From NCBI GenBank assembly GCA_900617105.1, contig UYFQ01000473.1, positions 1 through 64,000 of the forward strand: a DNA stretch of 64,000 bases, read 5' to 3'. The position numbers were made by a program, and so were the translations under genes. The notes under the pieces were generated by a model. That model did no database searches. It had not been told where the DNA came from and saw only the letters and a list, made by a program, of their open reading frames with translations. This document shows, one piece after another, positions 1 to 10,447 of the stretch (positions are counted from its first letter, which is position 1; each line of letters opens with the position of its first letter). Origin of the DNA: Hydrurus foetidus. Taxonomy: Eukaryota.

Positions 1-508
1 TGTCAGTCCAGCATATTCATGCATGATCTGTTAGCATAGTTTCATCTGTAGATTAGCATTCACATGTCACAAGTAGTGTAGCGCTTCCTCACCCAAAACA
101 CCGCCATACACTGTTGTGTACATACGCTCATCGTTCTTCTAGCGATATCCCCCTTCGGGGCCATCACCAAGCATCCGGTTTTTCACCACCAAGCATCCGG
201 ATTTCCACCAGGTATCCGGTTTCCACCAAGCATCCGATTTCATGAGCAGCGAGGGTTCCGCCCATTGCTCAATCGCCAACTTGAATATTCGCTGAATATG
301 TTTCCACTTCGGCGATCACCATTTCATGCACAATGGATGCTTTGCTTTGCTTCTTTGATGGTTGTCTTCTCTGATATCATCGCCAGTTGTTTTACTACTT
401 GATCGTTGTAAGTAAACACGTCTTCCGAGACCACTTCCATCAGCCAGTCTTTCCTTTGCGCTTCCGCAGCCAACAGGTAGCTCGCTTCACTCCACAGTCT
501 GACTCACA
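1..508 (+). repeat. 5' LTR of copia 1
   Basis: TGTCAGTC...GACTCACA; 3 substitutions versus 7342-7849 by manual comparison. Confidence 0.95.
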
Positions 509-517
509 TGGTAGCGA
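509..517 (+). promoter_or_regulatory. Primer-binding site, probably initiator tRNA-Met
   Basis: TGGTAGCGA directly after the LTR; complementary to a tRNA 3' end UCGCUACCA, consistent with an initiator-type acceptor stem. Confidence 0.7.
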
Positions 518-598
518 TTGCATAGAAAGTTCAGCAATCATCGATATAGTATCAATATATCAACGGTATCTCATCACAACAGATATCTCAAGTCGGCC

Positions 599-2376
599 AT
601 GATGCTACGATCGTCCGACAACACAGACCAAAACAACGAGGAATACCATGACCCAACTGGGCTAGAGACTCCCAGCCGCGCCCAGCTGCCGCGCATGCTC
701 TCCATGACCCTCGCAGAGTTCGATCAACGTGTCGCCGAGGCCATAAGAGCCCAAACTCAAAATTTGGTCACCAGCTCGACGGCAAATCGTCAAAATCCTT
801 CGACACCAAACCGACCTCGACGAGGCTCCCATGCAGAGGAAGCCACGCCACCGCGCCAAACTTCGGCAGAAGTTTCAGCAATGGGCTATCATATAATGCC
901 GCTTTGGAATCCGTTTTGGAGCTAAAACGGCTAAAACTCGATCTCGTTCTGACGACCTCTTCAGAAATGGATAGCATCAAGCAAAACCAGATCACCACAA
1001 CGACTGTGGGATCTAACAAGCGCTTCAAAGCTCTCGACAACATGCTCCATGTCGTTGGACTCTACCCAATGGCGATGGGCACGCGTCGCGAGCCAATCCC
1101 AACGAGACTTAACCCATCAGGATACTCGGAGCCTACAACGTCGGAGAATCTTGACGGCACCTTCAATTATGTACCCGCCGACGATGTTACACGATGGGCC
1201 CACGACAAGAAACGTTTATACAACGTCATGTTGAACGCTTTCAGCGAGTCTACCCACTATCTATGTGCCGATTCCTTTACCTCTCGCGATGGGATCGCTA
1301 TTTATAAACGTATGCACAAGCACTACTACGGACATACTGAAGCAGACATCAACCGACTTAGGCGGCTTCTACAAAACTTCAAGGGCTCCACGGCTACTTG
1401 TTTTCAAGAGGATTTAGTGAGGTTTACAACGTTAATGACAGAATTCGAGTATGCCCAGGCCAGACCGAGCACCGAGCAGGAGCGCCTTCAATTCCTTCAC
1501 AACGCCTTCATGAACGACCACCGCCCCAACACCAAATCCTACTTTATGTCCTGCCATAGCAACATGCTCACCTATCACCAAACTTTGGAGAGAGCTGTTG
1601 TCTATTCCGAGTATGCCCTCCTCCAAGACAAGCCGGTCAAGATAGCTGCCTTGTCCACTACCCCTGAAGCCTGCCGCAAGTTCCTCGCTGGTACCTGCCT
1701 TCTCGGTAACAAGTGCAAGTACTATCATGCTCCTGCTAAGCCACCGGCAGCGACACCTCCCTCTGGCAAAGCACATCCTCCTGCCCCACCTGGATCCGCT
1801 CCAGTCACGGACAAGAACCGGATCAAAGCCAAGGGCAAGTACCCTCCCAAGCAGACCTTCCCAGTGACGAGTATCGATGGCCGCGTCCCTTACCTCAAGA
1901 GCAACATCCCCATGAAGCTTCTTACCAACGGACCCAACATCAACCCTGAGGACGGATGGCAGAACAACACGCTTTTGGATAACGCCGAACCCTCCGGGTA
2001 TGTGCGCTTCTCCCTCAACATGTTCCGAGTCACCGACACTGACCCAGCACCTCCTCCGGATACACCGTCTAATCCTCCTCTCGAGTTAGCACTTCCGCCA
2101 GGACTCCCTCCATCAGGACACTCACCACTGCGATCTCCAACTCGTCCATCTTCTAATGCCGCCTCTCCCTTAATGCTCCGACCGTACGTACGTTCCGAAC
2201 ATACTCAACCAGCATCTACCCCAGTACTCCTGGGTACCCCCGACTCCTGTCGCCCCAGAGAATGCTACAGCATGGGACACGCCGCGCCATCAGAACATCT
2301 CCTCGCCAACATATGGGACCCCAATGCAAGAAGAAGTCGATGCCTTCACACGTACCTGGGCCTTCCTCACCAATGA
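599..2376 (+). CDS. gag: Gag of copia 1 (apparent frameshift near 830-900) with CCCH zinc finger and Pro-rich tail
   Basis: ATG at 599; ORFs 518-925 and 904-2376 overlap in different frames; helical capsid-like region, then C-x7-C-x5-C-x3-H at 1672-1728. Confidence 0.75.
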
Positions 2377-4264
2377 CGAAGTCACCTCCTCCACTGTCTT
2401 CCAGGGTATCTGCCGACAATGCTCCACGTACATCCTTCAGTACTACACTGTGGTCCACCACCGCATTCATCAGCAGCCCCTCTCAGCAAATGACTTCATC
2501 ATCTATGTGAACCGTCCCGCCTTGCCTGGATCCCCTACACCGGCGCCTCATATATACCTCGCTATTTTCGGCTGGGTATCCCCAACCACCCTCAGCAACT
2601 GCCGCGCTGATGTCAGAGACGGATACTCTCGGTATATGAACCTCATCCACAAGATTGCTCGCAACCTGCTGCTCGCCAACACTGAGCCGCCGACTCCACC
2701 CAATCTTGAGTATGACCCAGGGCACTACCGCACCTTCAATCCAACCTTGATTGAAGACATCACCACCTATCAGTCCACAGTCGGGAACATTTTCTTTTAC
2801 TTCCTCGTCCACACTGCTCTGTACCTCGACGACCAGATCAGTCCAGACCACATGGCGATATTTGAAAGTGTCCTCATCTACGACTGTGCCTCCTGGGTCG
2901 CAGCACAGCTTGCCCGATATGCCAATGCACCCGGCAACTCCTGGCACAACATTCCCACTCTTCGCATACTCATGCTCACGGAAGTTGATGCGCACGTTGA
3001 CGGTCTTATGACACGAACTGGATCGAACGAGTCATTCATCCAAGCTATTCGAGTCGTAATCCAGCATGTCCTACCCGATGCATTTCATGTTACACCCAAC
3101 AGCCTCTTCGTCGGACCCGATCCTGTTGAACCCACCGAGTCACACTACCGCACAGTATCTCTCGCCAGGGACCTCGCAGCATCTACAGCCCCACAGAACA
3201 TACGCCAAAGATACACTTTGCGGAACTATGAGAGCGATTCAGAATCCTCTGTCGAAGACTCCATCTGTTTCCTCCCGTACAACATGTCCTGTCCAACACA
3301 TAACATCAGTGGCCCTCGATGCGCCCTCTCTTATGTCAACTACCTACATGGAGCCGTCACACGTCTCATGGTCCCTCCATCAGACGCATCCCCATGGGTA
3401 CCACCGGACGCATCCATGGAACTTCAGCGGTACAACGCCAGGAAGCGCGGCATCGCATTCCAGAAAGACCAGGCTCAAGGGGACACTAAGCGTCAAGACA
3501 CTACCTCGTCCTCGTCAGCATCCTCTTCCGCCTCACCTTCAACATCGATTCCCACTACGCTTCCGGAGTTCAATACTCCGTTACCACCTGTTCCATCGAC
3601 ACCCTCTGACCCTCTTACCGGGTCACTCAAACGTTGGCAAGCCGCGCAACCACTTGCATCCGACTCGCCTTTCACTATGCCTCGTGCCCAGCGCCACCGA
3701 ATGACTCCACCAGTCGGATCTCAACGCTCGACAAATGTCCGACATGCCTTCAACAGTACTCGCCCTCCGCTTGCATCAGCTCGCCCTCCTGCACCATCCG
3801 GCGGTACCTCCGACTCCAAGCTCAACACATTCGTCGTCAAGTCCCAACATGAGAGACTCAACTCGTTCCACGTCCCCGACAAGGTCATCTTCGACTCTGG
3901 TGCTTCACGCTCTGGCACCGGCCGCTCCCAACGTCTTACCAGCATTGAACCTGTCAGCACATCCGTCACAGTCACCCCTGCATTCGGTCCGTCCATGACA
4001 CCAACACACCAAGGCAGCCTCGGACCGTTGGAGCTTAGCACCCTCCTTCTCCCTGCACTAGGCGACAGCACCCTTGTCTCTGTCTCCCAGTTCTGCGCTG
4101 GCGGTGTCACCAACGACCACTTCATCGGCATCTTCACTCATAAAGACTTCCGCTTCTATGAGACTGCATCAGCCCTTCCCTACATTGCACTGGTAGCTCA
4201 GCATGGAAAGGAGGTCACCCGTGGAACCGTCCAAGACGGCCTCTACGTGGAGACTCCCTACTGA
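2324..4264 (+). CDS. Unknown inserted domain followed by retroviral-type aspartic protease
   Basis: VIFDSGAS motif (DSG at 3893-3901) and C-terminal GLY motif; the preceding ~500 aa match no copia domain I recognise; joins Gag if one C is removed from a C-run near 2320. Confidence 0.75.
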   Translation: MQEEVDAFTRTWAFLTNDEVTSSTVFQGICRQCSTYILQYYTVVHHRIHQQPLSANDFIIYVNRPALPGSPTPAPHIYLAIFGWVSPTTLSNCRADVRDGYSRYMNLIHKIARNLLLANTEPPTPPNLEYDPGHYRTFNPTLIEDITTYQSTVGNIFFYFLVHTALYLDDQISPDHMAIFESVLIYDCASWVAAQLARYANAPGNSWHNIPTLRILMLTEVDAHVDGLMTRTGSNESFIQAIRVVIQHVLPDAFHVTPNSLFVGPDPVEPTESHYRTVSLARDLAASTAPQNIRQRYTLRNYESDSESSVEDSICFLPYNMSCPTHNISGPRCALSYVNYLHGAVTRLMVPPSDASPWVPPDASMELQRYNARKRGIAFQKDQAQGDTKRQDTTSSSSASSSASPSTSIPTTLPEFNTPLPPVPSTPSDPLTGSLKRWQAAQPLASDSPFTMPRAQRHRMTPPVGSQRSTNVRHAFNSTRPPLASARPPAPSGGTSDSKLNTFVVKSQHERLNSFHVPDKVIFDSGASRSGTGRSQRLTSIEPVSTSVTVTPAFGPSMTPTHQGSLGPLELSTLLLPALGDSTLVSVSQFCAGGVTNDHFIGIFTHKDFRFYETASALPYIALVAQHGKEVTRGTVQDGLYVETPY

Positions 4265-7134
4265 CCAACCACTCGGGAGAGTCTTTTGGTCACACACTAT
4301 ACTCCCGCTTCACTGTACGACCACGTGCATCAAGCCACAGGCCACCCCGGTCTTCCAGGCATGGCATGGCACCGCGATCATTCCCTCAATGCTCGCTTCA
4401 CCACCAAAGATGCACACACCTCCCGTCCGGTCTGTCCTGGATGCGCCCATGGCGCAATGCGTCAAGCATCCACAGACTATCGTCGCATTCACAGAGACAC
4501 AACTACCCTCGTCGGCCAGCAGTTCTCCTTGGATGCCTATACCCACTCGACTCCATCATTCCGTAACTACCGTTACACTCACATCCTCACCGACCTCGCG
4601 TCGGGACAATACTATCCTGTATATACAAAAGACCGGTCCGCCTCTGAACTCTGTGCCCGCATTGCAGCCTTCTTCGACCTAACCCCCAATGGAACCACAA
4701 TACCCCTGGGGTTGATCGCTTCATCCGGCATGACCCAGAGGCCAACTACCGATCTGAAGAATTTACTGCGCTTTGCGCCCGATACCGATACCGACTTGAG
4801 CACACTGCACCTCGTGACAAACATGCCAACGGCATCGCTGAGCGAGCAGTCGGCATTGTAGCTCTCAAGACCAACGTTGCCATGATAACCCCTGTTCCGC
4901 ATGTGCCAATGAAGTTCTGGGACCTTGCAATGTCCTATGCATGTGTTACTCATTCCTTTAACCTTAACAAGCGTATTGGTACTTCTCCGTATCACTTCAC
5001 TTCTGGGCAACACGTGGACATCAGGATGCTTCGACCATTCTGGGCACCCTGCTATGTCAAGCACGCACCCAAAGATCAGAAAAGTAAAGTTGGGTCACCT
5101 CGTGCCTACCGTGCTCGGTTCGTTGGTTATAGTTTTACATCTATACTAGTACCACAATATTTAGTATTAGAAATACTACCCAAGAACACCTACGGTACTG
5201 TTCGAGTCAGTAAGGATGTCATCTTCGACATGCACAACAACTTCAAGCATGACTCAGATGCACACTTCCCTACCGACGAGGCCTTCGCCCTCATCCCGTC
5301 CCTCTACTATACTGATAATAATAATGACCCTATTGTGGTGCCTGAGCGAGTCGACCTACCCGGCCTCCCCTCACCTGCACCCCTTATCGACCCCGACTAT
5401 ATAACCCCTGTCGCTGAGACAGAGCACTCAGTCAACGATGACATGATATACTGGTCCACCTACACCAGTTCTTCCACATGCTTCCCTGTTCACCTCTTCC
5501 GTGTCCTGCACTACAACATAGCAGTCCAAATCAAGGATCCCTACATCCCCAAAGACTTCTGGACCGCAATGCAGTACCCAGAGTGGGAACAGGCCATCAA
5601 CACTGAGCGAACTAAGTTTGAAGTCAACAACTGCTTCCGGTCTGTCCCCTTCACCGGCCAGCACCTCGTACCAATGATGTGGCTCTTCAGTATCAAGACT
5701 GACGGCACCAAGAAGGCCCGCCTCGTAGGTCGTGGTGATCTCATGATACCCTGGGTCGACTTCGACCCCTACGCAGTATACTGCGGTAATGTCAATGCGT
5801 CATCGATCAAGATTGCACTCGTCATAGCCGCAACCTACAAATTATCCATGCGGGGAGGAGATTTAGTAGGCGCCTACTTAATCACACTCGCTAACCCCGA
5901 CTTTCCCGTTCACATCAAGACACCTCAAGGTTACACCACACCTTTTGGCACATGCTTTCAAGCCATTGGCAACCTCTACGGTTTTCCACCAGCAGGCCAG
6001 AATTTCTCAAAGGAATTCGACAAATGTGTACGCGAATGTGGATACGAAAACACACCGTGGGACTTAAAGTTCTTCTTTAAGTGGGTCCAAGGTCAACCCC
6101 TGATACTGATAGCACACTCAGACGACTTCAGATGGTTCGGACCACTTGCACTCATTAGCGAATGGGATCTCCTCATCGCTACATTCAACTCCCACAAGTA
6201 TGAAGTCACCGACGCGACCTCCAAAGAGTTCGTCGGCATCCGCATTACATGCGATGAACACTTCAACTACTACATGGATCAGTCACGCATGATCACATCC
6301 ATCGTATCGGAGGCCAACCTTGCTGGCGCCGCCGATGAGCATCTACCATATCCACCTTCTGGTGAGAGTCTGTCCAAGGCGGACAACTCTACCGATCTCG
6401 ATAGGCACATGTATAATAAGTATCCCTACCGACGGGTAGTTGGTCAACTTATGTACGGAATGGTACACACATTGATTACAATCATGTACGCTCTCAACAT
6501 ACTATCCAGATATAGTAACAGTCCAGGTGCACGACACATCAAGTTCCTTAAGCACTTACTTCGATATGTCAAGTACGCCAAGATGGATAGACTGAAATTC
6601 ACCACACACGACGGTCCCACCGACATCGCTACGATGACCAGTCTACTGCAGTTGAAGTTCCAATGCGACGCCGACCTCGCCGGTAACAAAGACAACCGTC
6701 ACTCCCAGACCTCCTACATTGGCTACCTCGCCGACAATGTCATCTGCTGGAAGAGTACCGACCAAGGCAGCATCTCATCATCAACTGCGGAATCCGAAAT
6801 CAAGGCAGTTAATCACGCACTAAAATCCGATGTCATTCCCCTCCGGGGCATACTAAACCACATGGGATGGACACAAGCTCCTACAGTCATCGAAGAAGAC
6901 AATTCTGCTTGTGTTGATGCTTCAAATCATACACACATGACCAAGAACCTTCGTCACATTGACCTGAGCGAAAACTACTTTAAGGACAAAGTCGCCGATG
7001 GTACCTGTGTCATTGTTAAAATCCCTTCGGGCGAAAACAACTCAGACATAGGTACGAAAAGAGTTCCACTACCACTTTTCGAATACCTAACGCACAGGCT
7101 CGTTGACAAGTCTTTACGAACTAATATTAAATAA
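4265..7134 (+). CDS. pol: Integrase-RT-RNase H of copia 1 (frameshift in C-run near 4685)
   Basis: HHCC (HQATGH...CPGC); DDE (SLDAY, IRHDPE, NGIAER, the last two read upstream in the 4882-7134 frame); RT KARLVGRG, LYG, HSDD; RNase H CDADLAG, STAESE, EEDNSA, SDIGTK. Confidence 0.93.
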
Positions 7135-7332
7135 CATAAATACTTAATATCCATATTTCTAACATACGTACTAATTTTACTATCTTATATGAGTGCACGC
7201 ATATATTATAACTAACTTTTTACACTTTTTGCCAAATCTCTCGTACGGGGAGTACATCCTCAGTACGGGGAGTATATATACACATATCATTCATTTCGAT
7301 ACTCTCAATAACACGTTCAGCTACATCTTCAC

Positions 7333-7341
7333 TACGGGGAG
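7333..7341 (+). promoter_or_regulatory. Polypurine tract of copia 1
   Basis: TACGGGGAG abutting the 3' LTR; two further copies at 7244 and 7264. Confidence 0.75.
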
Positions 7342-7849
7342 TGTCAGTCCAGCATATTCATGCATGATCTGTTAGCATAGTTTCATCTGTAGATTAGCAT
7401 TCACATGTCACAAGTAGTGTAGCGCTTCCTCACCCAAAACACCGCCATACACTGTTGTGTACATACGCTCATCGTTCTTCTAGCGATATCCCCCTTCGGG
7501 GCCATCACCAAGCATCCGGTTTTTCACCACCAAGCATCCGGTTTTCCACCAGGTATCCGGTTTCCACCAAGCATCCGATTTCATGAGCAGCGAGGGTTCC
7601 GCCCATTGCTCAATCGCCAACTTGAATATTCGCTGAATATGTTTCCACTTCGGCGATCACCATTTCATGCACAATGGATGCTTTGCTTTGCTTCTTTGAT
7701 GGTTATCTTCTCTGATATCATCGCCAGTCGTTTTACTACTTGATCGTTGTAAGTAAACACGTCTTCCGAGACCACTTCCATCAGCCAGTCTTTCCTTTGC
7801 GCTTCCGCAGCCAACAGGTAGCTCGCTTCACTCCACAGTCTGACTCACA
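7342..7849 (+). repeat. 3' LTR of copia 1
   Basis: Near-identical to 1-508. Confidence 0.95.
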
Positions 7850-8499
7850 TATTGAACTGTAGTCTCTTCACAAGAATCTCCGGGACAATGTTCCTATTAA
7901 CTTTTAATCTTGATGCCAAAGCCCTTCCAGACTTCATAGTAGTAGGCATGAGGGCCTCCAGGACATGCGTTCAGATGTATTCATTGTCTTTGAAGTTTGT
8001 TCCGCCATGATTGATCTGTAACGAACCTCAGTACTCGATGGCGCTGTCAATCATCTGAGTGTCTAAATTCTCCGAAGAATTCGTCTTCGTGATATCTGAT
8101 TCTATTGAAGACGTGCTCTAACAACTGAGCAGTTCGCAAGACTCCCCAACTCCCACCAGCTGGCATGACACCCTTGACTATCGATTGTAGATTCAAAACG
8201 ATAGGTTTCGCTACTGCATACAGTTGAGAAGTCCCGAACAGATTGTTGTTAGGGACCAGAGTCGGGTTGGCAGCAGTTTCAACTGCTACAGTTACTTCAT
8301 CTGCTGTCGTCATAATGTCAACTTGCAGTCTGACTTTTCTCATATCATCAGTAGAGAATTCCAACCGTTCAAGACATTCTTCTAATTCGTTGTCAGAGGG
8401 ATTATCATTGACATCGTTCTCTGCAGGAATAAAGCTGTCTCGTGATACAATCGTCTTTGGTTTCTTCTTGGGTCTCCTCAGAGACCCAACCCTAGCCAT
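7850..8499 (-). pseudogene. Orphan or degenerate coding sequence, possibly TE-derived and cut by copia 1
   Basis: 150-aa ORF 8047-8499 with basic N-terminus (RRPKKKPK); coding-like sequence continues through stops and a frame change up to the LTR edge; no recognised motif. Confidence 0.3.
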
Positions 8500-9507
8500 G
8501 ACACAATTCTGTGGTACCGCTTACTCACAGACTATTGAGATCGAAGTAGGAGTGCAAATATGCACTGTCTTCAGAATTTCAAGAGGAAGAAAAGTTATAG
8601 CTTCATTCTAGCTGCATCTATGTTATGTTAAAGTTACGAGCCAGAATGTCGATGCTATGACTTAATTTTTTGAAATTTCAAAAAATTACTTCGAAAGTTC
8701 AGACCATTCCAAGACTATTCCCGTAGTTTTCAGTGTGTTCTGAAGAGAGATGATTGAGAAAATTGTACCGCAGTTTTTACGGAACTGCCGGAAAAGTTTA
8801 TGCGGAAATGGCACAGCTGATCATGCAAACGGTCCAAAGGTTGGAGGTGCTGACCTCAAGACAAAAGAATCCAAAGCATCCGATAACTACGTTACCGTCC
8901 AGTGCCTCTTTTCTTGTATCGAGATGGAGAAAATGGAATTTCAACCCCTTTTTTTAACGCTGAGAAACACTGAAAAAAAAGCGAAATTCGGACACGAAAA
9001 AAAAAAGAAGCGAAATACGGAAAATCTATCTCCACCAATATAGATTTTCATGAAAATCTTTTTTGCGATTCGGATTCAGCGCACTTTATTAAGTTAGACT
9101 CCTGATTTCGAAAATTTCTGGCATATTCATAGTTTGAAATATTTCGGTTCCCGCGAGTCGAGAATGAGAAATTGTCATTTTTGACGACAAATTGTAGCTG
9201 AGGCAGCGCTCGGACAATTTTGCTGTCATATTGCTTCTTGCGCAGAATGTTCGGATTAGTCGAGAAACCTCAACTCGTTTCAACGAGTTTCAGTGGGTGA
9301 CCCCGGAAACTTTTTATGCAGTTGAAAACCCAAAGAAATAGACTCTTTCTATGCGTCATAAAGATATCATGTCCCCGCAAATGATTGAGTCTAAACCCAA
9401 GCTCGCATCTTGATTTACAGTCATTTCTCGCAACTTTGTCGACGTCGACAACCCTATCACAACCAAATCGCAACTAGATACATCAAGTCTTCATTAGTTA
9501 AGGACAA

Positions 9508-10446
9508 ATGGCAGCACCAAAAGGCAGAGGAACTGGCGTTCCGAACTACAAGAACGATGTGCTCCTCACGATAATCGAGGCGATTCTGCCAAATTGCTCA
9601 ACAGAATGGGATACTGTTTGCAAACGTTACAAAATCGCATCGGGAGAGAAAGTTGATCGAGATAATCATGACATCAAAAGGCATTTCATGATTCACAAGT
9701 CGCTATGCGACAACAACAGAAAGGTCACCGGATCAGCAGCGCCAAAGGAAAGCGTGGCAAGAAGCCAAGCAATTTTTTTGCGCATCTGTCGCAAAGGAGC
9801 AGCGGGTTCATACGGCGATGGCGATGAGGAAGAGTCCACCTCTGATTCGGGCGATGACAAGGGCAGTGATGAAGAGGATCTAGCCGAGCAGGATATTCCT
9901 GCTGCCGATATCGCTGATCGCGTTGCAGTAGCGTTGCCTGCAAATTCAGTTGCAGCGCCTGAAGAGCGTGCTGAAGAGCGCGTCGCAGCTGTGAAGAAAA
10001 GAAAATCGATAGATTCCGCTGAGAGCACCAAATCAAAGAATAGTAGAAACAATGCAAGAGGGGGAGCTGGAGCAGCCTTGTCAAATCTTGCTGAAGTACT
10101 AACGAAAAAGCACTCTGCACCTGTGACCCCTTCCACAGAGCCTAATATGATGACTATGATGATGTTACAAATGCAACAGCAGATGCAAATGCAGCAGCAA
10201 GCTAGTGCAGCACAGCAGCAAGCCAATGAACAGTCACGAGTCCAACAGAATCAGCAATTCCAAATGATGCTAATGATGATGGGACCAAGGAATCAACAGC
10301 CAAGCCGCAGTCCTCGCAGAGCATATCATGACGACGCACCCGTGATTTACGCACCGCGCTCAGCTAACTCACCAGTACATCCCTCAAATCATTCTCCACA
10401 TAGATTCATTGATCGCTTTAACGAGTACCCTGATAGAAACTCATAA
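9508..10446 (+). CDS. Myb/SANT-like (DUF6818-like) accessory protein of the Harbinger-type element
   Basis: N-terminal PNY...LLTIIEAILP...EWDTVCKRY...RD...IKRHF; acidic tract, KKRK NLS-like motif, Gln/Met-rich tail; lies inside the TIRs. Confidence 0.8.
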   Translation: MAAPKGRGTGVPNYKNDVLLTIIEAILPNCSTEWDTVCKRYKIASGEKVDRDNHDIKRHFMIHKSLCDNNRKVTGSAAPKESVARSQAIFLRICRKGAAGSYGDGDEEESTSDSGDDKGSDEEDLAEQDIPAADIADRVAVALPANSVAAPEERAEERVAAVKKRKSIDSAESTKSKNSRNNARGGAGAALSNLAEVLTKKHSAPVTPSTEPNMMTMMMLQMQQQMQMQQQASAAQQQANEQSRVQQNQQFQMMLMMMGPRNQQPSRSPRRAYHDDAPVIYAPRSANSPVHPSNHSPHRFIDRFNEYPDRNS

Positions 10447-10447
10447 T

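Larger units (their letters stand above)
1..7849 (+). mobile_element. Ty1/copia LTR retrotransposon 1, full length, divergent lineage
   Basis: Direct repeats 1-508 and 7342-7849 with TG...CA ends; domain order Gag-PR-IN-RT-RNaseH; PBS and PPT present. The left flank is outside the window, so the TSD cannot be checked (right flank TATTG). Confidence 0.97.

Noticed and set aside
9693..10226. Cys-rich antisense ORF inside the Myb-like gene
   Set aside because: Mirror of the CAG/CAA (Gln) repeat on the coding strand.
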